Made by a program: the position numbers and the translations under genes. DNA of 64,000 nt, from NCBI GenBank assembly GCA_902373415.1, contig CABKLX010000007.1, forward strand, positions 87,894 through 151,893, in the 5' to 3' direction. How positions within the stretch are numbered: position 1 is the stretch's first letter; each line of letters opens with the position of its first letter. This DNA comes from an uncultured Eubacteriales bacterium. GTDB lineage: Bacteria > Bacillota > Clostridia > Oscillospirales > UBA644. Shown here in pieces: positions 48,972 through 57,372 of this stretch. The notes below the pieces were generated by a model. The model was given only the letters and a program-made list of their open reading frames with translations, ran no database searches and had not been told where the DNA came from.

Positions 48972-50000
48972 ATGGGCAAATATATACTTAAAAGACTCGG
49001 TTATATGCTCGTTGTCATGCTGATACTCTCTCTGTTGATGTATCTTGTTTATGCAATGATCCCGTTCGACAGAGGACGCGCCGAGGCAGAAAAGCAGAAG
49101 GACGCGTACAAGCATATGGTAGACGGCGGAGCGAAATTTGAACAGTTTATCGAACAGAAGCGACACGAACTCGGAACCGACCGGAACGTTTTCATCCGTT
49201 ACCTCGGCTGGATAGGCATCGTGCCCATCAACGGGCAGTACAACGGGATACTTCAGGGTAATCTCGGTTACAGTTATCAGTATTCGCGAGACGCAAAAGA
49301 CGTTATAATCGAACCGATGAAAAACACCGTTTTCATCAATATTTTCGCAACCGTTCTCGCTCTCGGGATCACGATCCCTCTCGGTATCTTCTGCGCCGTT
49401 CACCGCGGAAGCAAGCGCGACACGGCAATTCAGATCGCAACGATAGTCGGTTACAGTATTCCGACGTTTATCATAGGCATAGTCTTCATCTGGATCTTTG
49501 CAACGATTCTCGGCTGGTTCCCCGTTTCCGGTATGGGAACCCCCGGCGCTAACTATACCGGCGCCCGCGCGTTTTTTGACAAACTTTATTATATGAGTTT
49601 GCCTCTGATCGCGATGACTTTCGCATCCTTGGGCGGTATGACCCGTTATGTCCGCGCTTCCATGACGGAGGCTCTTTCGCTCGACTGCATCAGAACCGCG
49701 AGAGCGAAAGGTCTGCGCGAGAAAACGGTTGTTTACAGCCATGCGTGGAGAAACGCGCTGATCCCCATCATAACTCTTGTTATAGGCTGGTTCCTCGGCA
49801 TATTCTCCGGCTCCATTATGATCGAGAATATTTTCGGACTCAACGGCGTCGGCAAGCTCTATATTCAGTCTCTGAACAACAAGGATTTTGAAGTCGTGCT
49901 TTTGCTTCAAATGTTCTATGTTTTCATCGGACTTATCGGAAACCTTATCATAGATATCGCTTACGGTATCGCCGACCCGCGCGTCCGCGTTAATAAATAA
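48972..50000 (+). CDS. ABC transporter permease (OppB/DppB type)
   Basis: start at MGKYILKRLGYMLVV with RBS GGAGttgggtATG; conserved EAA-like loop (…DCIRTARAKGLREKTVVYSHAWRNALIP…). Confidence 0.85.
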   Translation: MGKYILKRLGYMLVVMLILSLLMYLVYAMIPFDRGRAEAEKQKDAYKHMVDGGAKFEQFIEQKRHELGTDRNVFIRYLGWIGIVPINGQYNGILQGNLGYSYQYSRDAKDVIIEPMKNTVFINIFATVLALGITIPLGIFCAVHRGSKRDTAIQIATIVGYSIPTFIIGIVFIWIFATILGWFPVSGMGTPGANYTGARAFFDKLYYMSLPLIAMTFASLGGMTRYVRASMTEALSLDCIRTARAKGLREKTVVYSHAWRNALIPIITLVIGWFLGIFSGSIMIENIFGLNGVGKLYIQSLNNKDFEVVLLLQMFYVFIGLIGNLIIDIAYGIADPRVRVNK

Positions 50001-50009
50001 AGGAGGACA

Positions 50010-51944
50010 ATGAAAATGAACAAAGAGAAAAAGTCCTCCGAAAAGAGAGTTTTCACTCCTTTGAAGTGGCTCCGCCGTATGTTCTTCGGCGCATCGAAAG
50101 AACTGACCGCTGCGGACGAAAGATATGACAGCCCGGGCAAACTTGCGGTCAAGAGATTTTTCAGAAGAAAGTCCGCGCTTATAGCGGTCATCGTGCTTGC
50201 CGCGATGTTCCTGTTTGTTATAATAGGTCCCATTGTTGCGCCCGTCGATCTGACCGAAACGGGAAGCGAAATGCTTCACACAAACGTTTCGCCGACGATG
50301 AACATGATGAAACTTCCGTCTTCGATGAAAGACGGCACGATCGATATCTCTTCAAGAGGTTCTTTCACCGTCGGACTTGACACGGACGGAAACGTTTACA
50401 CGTGGGGCTATTATTTCAACCATTCCGACGATTCGCAGCGCGACGTCCTCACCGTTCCCGAAGAGGTTCGGAACGCACATATCATTCACGTTGCCGCAGG
50501 ATCCGACCATATTGTTGCGATAGGCGACGACGGCTATGTTTATGCCTGGGGCGAATATGACAACGGACAGTACGGCGACCAAGGCTCGATGAGCGCAATC
50601 TGCCGCCTTATGACCGACGAACTCCCCTCGGACGGAAAGATCGACCCGACGAAAGTCGAGCAGCTCATCTGCGGCCAGCAGGTGACCGCCATTCTTATGG
50701 AAGACGGCAAAATATATGCCTGGGGCAATGACGGACTTTCCGCAACCAACCTTTCTTCAGTTATAAAAGCGGGCAAGGAAAACGGAAAAATCGTCAAGCT
50801 TGCATTCACGAACGACGGCATATACGGAATTGACGAAAACGGAAAATTCGTCAGAGGCAAGAGCACAAAATTCGATTATATCAATGCAAATCTTTCCGTT
50901 GACCAAGCGATAGGAAACCGCAAATGCGTTGATATCGCCGCAACAGGAACCTCCGTTGCGCTTCTTCTTGACGACGGAGAGATCGTGCTTGTCGGCATGA
51001 AAGACCCCGTTCCCGCAGTTGCGGACGGCGACAAGATAATTTCGATCTCCGCCGGCACCCGCCACTATACGGCTGTTACCGAGCAGGGCAGAGTTTACTG
51101 CTGGGGTCAGAGCTACAGAAACCAATGCGAGATCCCCTCTTCTCTCGAAGACGCGGGCTCCGTTGACACCGTTTTTGCTTCCGGGTTCCAGAACTATGCG
51201 TTCAAGGACGGCAAAAATGTCGGCAACTGGGGACTTAAAGGATACCTTATGGGAACCGACGAAATGGGTCGCGACGTGTTCAACCGTCTTATGAACGGCG
51301 GTATGATGACCATGTCCATCGGCGCTGTCGCCGTTATCGTTTCCACGATAATCGGTATCATTATCGGATGTCTTTCGGGCTACTTCGGCGGCGCGGTCGA
51401 TCTGATCCTCATGCGCGTGACGGAGATATTCGGAGCAATTCCGTTCCTTCCGTTCGCACTTGTTCTTTCCGCCGTTCTGAAATATTCGGACGTCAAGGAG
51501 AACACCCGTATCTTTATAATCATGATAATTCTCGGACTCCTTTCGTGGACGGGACTTGCAAAACTCGTTCGCGGTCAGATACTTGCGGAGCGCGAAAAAG
51601 AATTCGTTACTGCCGCACGCTCGATGGGTGTCCGTGAAAGCCGCATAGCGTTCAAACACATTCTTCCGAACATCGTTTCCGTTATTCTTGTAACGGTAAC
51701 GCTCGATTTCGCGGGTTGTATGCTGACGGAGTCTTCGCTTTCATACCTCGGCTTCGGCGTTCAGCTTCCGCGCCCGACCTGGGGCAATATGCTCGACGGT
51801 TCAAAGAACTCGCAGGTTATTCAGAACTTCTGGTGGAGATGGCTGTTCCCCGCGCTGTTCCTGTCCATCGTCGTTATATGCATAAACATCATCGGCGACA
51901 CGCTTCGCGACGTGCTTGACCCGAAATCGGAGGTGGAGAAATAA
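50010..51944 (+). CDS. ABC transporter permease (OppC/DppC type) carrying an ~330-aa RCC1-like beta-propeller in its first extracytoplasmic loop
   Basis: 644 aa; TM1 ALIAVIVLAAMFLFVIIGPIVAP; RCC1-type repeats (GSDHIVAIGDDGYVYAWGEYDNGQYG; GQQVTAILMEDGKIYAWGNDG; GTRHYTAVTEQGRVYCWGQSYRNQCE); then the canonical OppC GTDEMGRDVFNRLM motif and five further TMs. Confidence 0.8.
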   Translation: MKMNKEKKSSEKRVFTPLKWLRRMFFGASKELTAADERYDSPGKLAVKRFFRRKSALIAVIVLAAMFLFVIIGPIVAPVDLTETGSEMLHTNVSPTMNMMKLPSSMKDGTIDISSRGSFTVGLDTDGNVYTWGYYFNHSDDSQRDVLTVPEEVRNAHIIHVAAGSDHIVAIGDDGYVYAWGEYDNGQYGDQGSMSAICRLMTDELPSDGKIDPTKVEQLICGQQVTAILMEDGKIYAWGNDGLSATNLSSVIKAGKENGKIVKLAFTNDGIYGIDENGKFVRGKSTKFDYINANLSVDQAIGNRKCVDIAATGTSVALLLDDGEIVLVGMKDPVPAVADGDKIISISAGTRHYTAVTEQGRVYCWGQSYRNQCEIPSSLEDAGSVDTVFASGFQNYAFKDGKNVGNWGLKGYLMGTDEMGRDVFNRLMNGGMMTMSIGAVAVIVSTIIGIIIGCLSGYFGGAVDLILMRVTEIFGAIPFLPFALVLSAVLKYSDVKENTRIFIIMIILGLLSWTGLAKLVRGQILAEREKEFVTAARSMGVRESRIAFKHILPNIVSVILVTVTLDFAGCMLTESSLSYLGFGVQLPRPTWGNMLDGSKNSQVIQNFWWRWLFPALFLSIVVICINIIGDTLRDVLDPKSEVEK

Positions 51945-53002
51945 TGGCCGACAACATCGAAAAAGCAACTCATCCGAACGAAGAGCCCTTGCTCGAAGTT
52001 AAGAATCTCCACACGTTTTTCAAAACAAGAAACGGTATCGTTAAGGCCGTCAACGACGTTTCGTATTCGATATATCGCGGAAAAACGCTCGGCATCGTGG
52101 GCGAATCCGGCTCGGGAAAGAGCGTTTCCGCAATGAGCATACTGCGTTTGCTTGACGCAAACGGCTATATCGCAGACGGAATGGTCAAGTTTGAGGGCAA
52201 AGACCTTTCAAAATTCTCGACGCAGGAAATGTATCATATTCGCGGCAACCGTATATCGGTCATATTCCAAGAGCCGATGACGAGCCTGAACCCGGTATTC
52301 ACGGTTAAGAGACAGCTTTCCGAGCCGTTTATCATTCACCAGAATATGTCGAAGAAAGATGCGGAGAAAAAGAGCATCGAAATGCTCCGTGCGGTTCAGA
52401 TCCCGAATCCCGAAGCGGTTGCGAGACAGTATCCGCACCAGCTTTCCGGCGGTATGCGCCAGCGCGTTATGATTGCCATGGCGCTTGCCTGCAAACCCGA
52501 TATTCTTATAGCGGACGAACCGACGACCGCGCTTGACGTTACCATTCAGGCTCAGATCCTTCGTTTGATGAACGACCTGCAAAGAGAAAACGGAACGGCG
52601 ATCATGTTCATCACGCACGACCTCGGCGTTATCAACGAAATGGCGGACGACGTCGTCGTTATGTACTGCGGTCAGGTCGTTGAACAGGCTCCTGCGCGTC
52701 TTATATTCACGGATTGCAAGAAGAGCCATCCTTACACCGAGGGCTTGATGTATTCGATCCCGCGTCTGAACGACGACAGAAAGAAACTTGACCCGATTCC
52801 CGGCGTTGTGCCTCACCCGCTCGATCTGCCGAAAGGCTGCAAATTCGCGCCCCGCTGCAAATATTGCACGCGCAGATGTATAGAGGAAGAGCCGCCGCTG
52901 GCAAAGGTTGCGGACAACCAACTTGTTCGCTGCTTCTATCCGGATAAAGAAGAAAGGAGGAGCGCCGCTCATGCAGAAATTACTGTCGATTACGAATCTT
53001 AA
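51944..53002 (+). CDS. ABC transporter ATP-binding protein (OppD/DppD type)
   Basis: 352 aa; Walker A GESGSGKS; signature LSGGMRQR; Walker [13 protein letters not shown]; C-terminal oligopeptide-transporter extension. Confidence 0.9.
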   Translation: MADNIEKATHPNEEPLLEVKNLHTFFKTRNGIVKAVNDVSYSIYRGKTLGIVGESGSGKSVSAMSILRLLDANGYIADGMVKFEGKDLSKFSTQEMYHIRGNRISVIFQEPMTSLNPVFTVKRQLSEPFIIHQNMSKKDAEKKSIEMLRAVQIPNPEAVARQYPHQLSGGMRQRVMIAMALACKPDILIADEPTTALDVTIQAQILRLMNDLQRENGTAIMFITHDLGVINEMADDVVVMYCGQVVEQAPARLIFTDCKKSHPYTEGLMYSIPRLNDDRKKLDPIPGVVPHPLDLPKGCKFAPRCKYCTRRCIEEEPPLAKVADNQLVRCFYPDKEERRSAAHAEITVDYES

Positions 53003-54557
53003 AAAGTATTTCCCGATGCCGAAGGCGTCCGTCTTCTCCAAACAGGTATACAACAGAGCAAACGAGGATATAACCCTCAACATTTATAAGGGCGAAACGT
53101 TCGGTCTCGTCGGTGAGTCCGGCTGCGGAAAATCCACGCTTGGTCGCGTTTTGCTCCAACTTTACGAGCAGACCGCGGGAAGCACGATGTATTACGGCAG
53201 AACGCTTGACACGGTCGCTCCCGAATACGTTACGGATACTCTGAAAAACGCCGAAAAATACGTTGCGGAGTACCACAAAGCGCAGGCTCACGCGGATGCG
53301 CTCGAAAAAGCGTGCGAAGAGAAGGGCGAAGCCGCGACCTTCTATGACATTCAGGAAAAAAATCTTGCGGCGTGCAACGCGAAAACGGCGCTTGACAACG
53401 TTGCGAAGATCCTCGGCGGCTTTACCGTCCGCGACACGAAAAAGGGCGCGGATATGCTTCTTTCGAAGTACCGTCTGACCTTTAAGGCGGAAAAGATTCA
53501 GGAGGAGATAGACGATATCGACCTCGACATCTCCGAACTTGAAGCCGATCTTTCGGAAAATACGGCAAAAGCGGAATCCGCAAAGAAAAAGATTGAAAAA
53601 CTCAAAAAAGCCAAGGCTCCGCTTGAATCGGACAAAGAAAAGTTGCTCGGCGAAGCGGCAAAAATCCAGCTTTCGATAGACGAACAGAAAGCAAAGTATG
53701 CGGGCGACGAAGAGTTTGCCGAATACGAAGCAATGCTTGACGACGGCGTCGATCTGAGAAGATTGAAGTATACCGAAATGCGTCTTCTGAGAAAAGACCT
53801 GCAAGTCATTTTCCAGGACCCGTATTCGTCGCTGAACCCGCGTATGACCGTAGGTCAGATAATCGAAGAGGGACTTGTAACGCATAAGTTCTTCAAGCGA
53901 GGCTCTAAAAAAATGCAGGAGTACGTTTTCCAAATAATGAATTCGTGCGGCTTGCAGAATTATATGTACAACAGGTATCCGCACCAGTTCTCGGGCGGAC
54001 AGAGACAAAGGATCTGTATCGCGCGCGCTCTTGCGGTCAAGCCGAAGTTCGTCGTCTGCGACGAATGCGTTTCGGCGCTTGACGTTTCCATTCAGTCGCA
54101 GATCATCAATCTTCTGCAGGACTTGAAGGAAAAAGAGGGACTGACGTATCTTTTCATTTCGCACAACCTCTCCGTTGTCCGTTACATCTCCGACCGTATC
54201 GGCGTTATGTATCTGGGCAATATGGTCGAGGTCGCTCCGACGGACGAGTTGTTCGCCGATCCGCGTCATCCGTATACGATCGCGCTGCTGTCCTCGATCC
54301 CGACGACAGACCCCGACAGCCTGACAAAGGAAAGAATAATCCTCGAAGGCAACATCCCCAGCCCGATCAATCCGCCTTCGGGATGCAAATTCCACACGCG
54401 CTGTTTCATGGCTTGCGATAAATGCAAGGTCGTTCCTCCGCAGCTGACGGAGATCTCCCCGGGGCATTTCGTCGCCTGTCATTTCGCGGATACGCGCAAA
54501 GTCGATGAGAACGGCAATTACCTGTTTGACGTCAAGAAGACGACTAACGAAAGATGA
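52971..54557 (+). CDS. ABC transporter ATP-binding protein (OppF/DppF type) with ~200-aa coiled-coil insertion
   Basis: start at [14 protein letters not shown] with RBS AGGAGGAGcgccgctcATG, overlapping oppD; Walker A GESGCGKST; then Lys/Glu/Ala-rich heptad-like insertion (…KAQAHADALEKACEEKG…EKIQEEIDDIDLDISELEADLSENTAKAESAKKKIEKLKKAKAPLESDKEKLLGEAAKIQLSIDEQKAKYAGDEEF…); normal sequence resumes at LRKDLQVIFQDPYSSLNP, LSGGQRQR, FVVCDECVSALD. Confidence 0.8.
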   Translation: MQKLLSITNLKKYFPMPKASVFSKQVYNRANEDITLNIYKGETFGLVGESGCGKSTLGRVLLQLYEQTAGSTMYYGRTLDTVAPEYVTDTLKNAEKYVAEYHKAQAHADALEKACEEKGEAATFYDIQEKNLAACNAKTALDNVAKILGGFTVRDTKKGADMLLSKYRLTFKAEKIQEEIDDIDLDISELEADLSENTAKAESAKKKIEKLKKAKAPLESDKEKLLGEAAKIQLSIDEQKAKYAGDEEFAEYEAMLDDGVDLRRLKYTEMRLLRKDLQVIFQDPYSSLNPRMTVGQIIEEGLVTHKFFKRGSKKMQEYVFQIMNSCGLQNYMYNRYPHQFSGGQRQRICIARALAVKPKFVVCDECVSALDVSIQSQIINLLQDLKEKEGLTYLFISHNLSVVRYISDRIGVMYLGNMVEVAPTDELFADPRHPYTIALLSSIPTTDPDSLTKERIILEGNIPSPINPPSGCKFHTRCFMACDKCKVVPPQLTEISPGHFVACHFADTRKVDENGNYLFDVKKTTNER

Positions 54558-54820
54558 TATTCAAAGCTTGGCGAAAAATTCCGAAAAAGATCGATCGCGA
54601 AAAAGAGGAAGAACTCAGCCGCGAACCTCTCGAAAAAGGAGACAGGTTCGCTATGCTGACGTCCGCTTTCCTGATGCTGTTTCTTCCCGCGCTCGCCGTC
54701 CTTCTGCTTATGGGCGGTCTGTGTCTTTTGCTTCTCGCGATCTTCTGAAACGAAAAAAAGGAGGGTATATCGCTCGATATACCCTCCGTATTCGCGGATA
54801 AAAATATTTTTCGCCGTTTA

Positions 54821-55825
54821 TTACTCTCCGATGGCGCGTTTGAATTTCGGAAGCACGCCGATGCCGTCCGTTCGGTGGGGCGGAAGCTGGTAAATATCGT
54901 GTCCCGGAAATTCGTTGCCCTCGATCAGAAGAGGTCCGTTTTCCGTCACGCATACGTCCCAGCCGACGAGTCCGACCTGCGGAACGACCTGTCCGGCTTC
55001 GCAGACGAGTTTTATGACTTCGTCCCAGAGCGGGATTTTGAAGCCCTTGATCTCAACTCCCGTCAGCGGGTGCTTTTCGTAAAGATTGCCCGCTTTGTCG
55101 AGCGCAGGATATATGATCTCGCCACGGTCTTCCTCGATGGGAACGACCATACCGCCGCTGTTGAAGTTGTCAACGTATTTTCCGTTGCCTATTCGCAGAT
55201 ACGCGGCGACAACGCGTGTCGTTCCGTCCTTCGCGATCGTTATAACGCGGCAGGTGTTGACCGAATGCGGGTGAAGACGCATCAGATCGGGATGCTGTAT
55301 AACAGGCTCTTCGAGAAGCATGAGATTTGCGTCGGTAAGGTGCTTTTTCAGCGCGTCAACGCTCTCGAAATCGGAAAAATTCAGTTTCTGTATGCCTTTT
55401 CCGCACATTCCGTTTTCGGGCTTTGCCATGAATGTCGGATGCTTTGCGCAGAACTCCGAAATATCCGCGTTCGTGGCGGTATGAACGTCGAGCCAGTCTC
55501 TTTTGAGAAATTTTTCAAAACGGCGGTTGAATTCGAGTTTGTCGTCGATATATTTCATATATTCGGGATCGTTGAAACGCTTGATGAACGCGTTGTTGAT
55601 CCCTCGCGTCACAACGGTCTTTCGCTGTGCGCGGTTGAGATCGTACATCTCGAACAGCGCATAGTCCATATATCCCGCCTGATATTTCAGACCGCAGTTG
55701 ATCATGTCAAAGAATATATAAATTCTGCTCTTTCCCGATTTTTTGTGTACTTCGCCGATCTTTTCAAACATCTTGTCGAAGTGCATCGAAAAGATCCTTC
55801 CGAACAGATATTTAATCTTTCCCAA
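54821..55825 (-). CDS. ATP-grasp family protein (sugar-transfer-associated ATP-grasp type)
   Basis: 334 aa; ATP-grasp features (…FMAKPENGMCGKGI…, …GLVGWDVCVTENGPLLIEGNEFPG…). Confidence 0.6.
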   Translation of the reverse strand: MGKIKYLFGRIFSMHFDKMFEKIGEVHKKSGKSRIYIFFDMINCGLKYQAGYMDYALFEMYDLNRAQRKTVVTRGINNAFIKRFNDPEYMKYIDDKLEFNRRFEKFLKRDWLDVHTATNADISEFCAKHPTFMAKPENGMCGKGIQKLNFSDFESVDALKKHLTDANLMLLEEPVIQHPDLMRLHPHSVNTCRVITIAKDGTTRVVAAYLRIGNGKYVDNFNSGGMVVPIEEDRGEIIYPALDKAGNLYEKHPLTGVEIKGFKIPLWDEVIKLVCEAGQVVPQVGLVGWDVCVTENGPLLIEGNEFPGHDIYQLPPHRTDGIGVLPKFKRAIGE

Positions 55826-55917
55826 AGCAAAGTTCTCCTTTTCGGCGCGATGCCGTCCGTAGTTAAATCAAGTATACCATAAAACATCCGTAAAATCAAT
55901 ATAATCGAAGGAAAAAT

Positions 55918-57372
55918 ATGCATACAGCGGAAAAGATACCGAAAAGATCGCGGACAACGCGCGATATGACGCAGGGAAATCCTTACTCGCATATGGTCGC
56001 GTTTGCGATGCCCGTTCTTTTGAGTCAGATATTTCAGCAACTTTACAACACCGCCGATACGTTCATTGTCGGCAAATTTCTCGGCACCGACGCTCTCGCC
56101 GCAGTCAGTTCGTCGGGAACACTGATATTTCTTCTTACGAGCTTTTTTGTCGGAACGACGATGGGCTCGGGCGTTGTCATTTCAAGGTATTTCGGCGCGG
56201 GCGACGGCGAAAACATCTCGCGTGCGGTGCACACTAACATCGCGTTCGGACTTGTCAGCAGCGTTATTCTGACCGTTTTCGGCGTTGCGTTCACCCCGAC
56301 TTTTTTGACGTGGATGAAAACCGATCCGACCGTTCTGCCGCAGGCGATCGAGTATTTCCGTTATTATTTCCTCGGCGCGACCGCGATGATAATGTATAAT
56401 GTCTGCCGAAGCATCATGAACGCCGTCGGAGACAGCCGAAGACCTTTGTTTTATCTCATATTTTCCTCCGTGCTGAACATTCTGCTCGACCTGCTTTTTG
56501 TCGCGGTATTCCGTTGGGGCGTATGGTCAGCCGCTGTCGCGACCGTTATCTCTCAGGCGGCAAGCGTCGTGCTCTGCTGTTTCCAACTGATGAAAAAGGG
56601 GCAAATCTACAGCGTTTCCCTCAGAAAAATACGTTTTCATAAAGATATGCTCGTCGAGATCATACGCTACGGGCTTCCGTCGGGCATTCAGAATTCCGTT
56701 ATCGGGTTCGCGAACGTTATCGTTCAGACGCAGATCAATTCGTTCGGAAAGTTCGCCACCGCGGGTTACGGTGTTCACGCAAAAATAGAGGGCTTCGCCT
56801 TTTTGCCGATAACGAGCTTTAATATGGCAACCACGACTTTTATCAGCCAGAACCTCGGCGCAAGAGAGTTCGACCGCGCCAAAAAGGGCGCGCGCTTCGG
56901 GATTTTGGCGGCGACTGTCGCCGCAGAGGTCATAGGCGTTCTGAACTATGTTTTCGCCCCTGCTCTCGTCGGATTTTTCGACTCGACGCCCGAAGTGCTT
57001 GAGCTCGGCGTCCGTCAGGCACGCACGGTCGCTCTTTTCTACTGCCTGCTTGCGTTCTCGCACGCGATAGCCGCAATATGCCGCGGGGCGGGCAAGGCGT
57101 TTGTGCCGATGACCATTATGCTTTCCGTCTGGTGCGTGTTCCGTATCGCCTATATCGAAACTGTCGTTCATATTTTTCACGACATAGGCTACATCTATTG
57201 GGCTTACCCGATAACGTGGGGTATCAGCTCGATAATATATATGATTTATTACAAGCATTCCGACTGGGTGCACGGCTTTGAACACGAACCGAAGTCCCTG
57301 CTCTCCCATGTCACCGCGCTGTTCAACCGCAACAAGACAGCTCCGGAAATTCCGGAAGAGGAGGACAACTGA
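55918..57372 (+). CDS. MATE-family efflux transporter
   Basis: 484 aa; 12 TM; MATE N-terminal consensus (PYSHMVAFAMPVLLSQIFQQLYNTADTFIVGKFLGTDALAAVS). Confidence 0.85.
   Translation: MHTAEKIPKRSRTTRDMTQGNPYSHMVAFAMPVLLSQIFQQLYNTADTFIVGKFLGTDALAAVSSSGTLIFLLTSFFVGTTMGSGVVISRYFGAGDGENISRAVHTNIAFGLVSSVILTVFGVAFTPTFLTWMKTDPTVLPQAIEYFRYYFLGATAMIMYNVCRSIMNAVGDSRRPLFYLIFSSVLNILLDLLFVAVFRWGVWSAAVATVISQAASVVLCCFQLMKKGQIYSVSLRKIRFHKDMLVEIIRYGLPSGIQNSVIGFANVIVQTQINSFGKFATAGYGVHAKIEGFAFLPITSFNMATTTFISQNLGAREFDRAKKGARFGILAATVAAEVIGVLNYVFAPALVGFFDSTPEVLELGVRQARTVALFYCLLAFSHAIAAICRGAGKAFVPMTIMLSVWCVFRIAYIETVVHIFHDIGYIYWAYPITWGISSIIYMIYYKHSDWVHGFEHEPKSLLSHVTALFNRNKTAPEIPEEEDN

Noticed and set aside
46574-48979. 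801-aa minus-strand ORF opposite the binding-protein gene
   Set aside because: The plus strand encodes a textbook lipoprotein binding protein with RBS and promoter; the antisense product is low-complexity (Val/Gly/Asn runs) without motifs.
52980-55882. Long antisense ORFs 52980..54482(-), 54875..55882(+), 44723..46006(+), 48957..50279(-), 50757..51659(-)
   Set aside because: Each mirrors a well-supported gene on the other strand (oppF, ATP-grasp, pepT, oppB, oppC) and has no homology, signal or RBS of its own.
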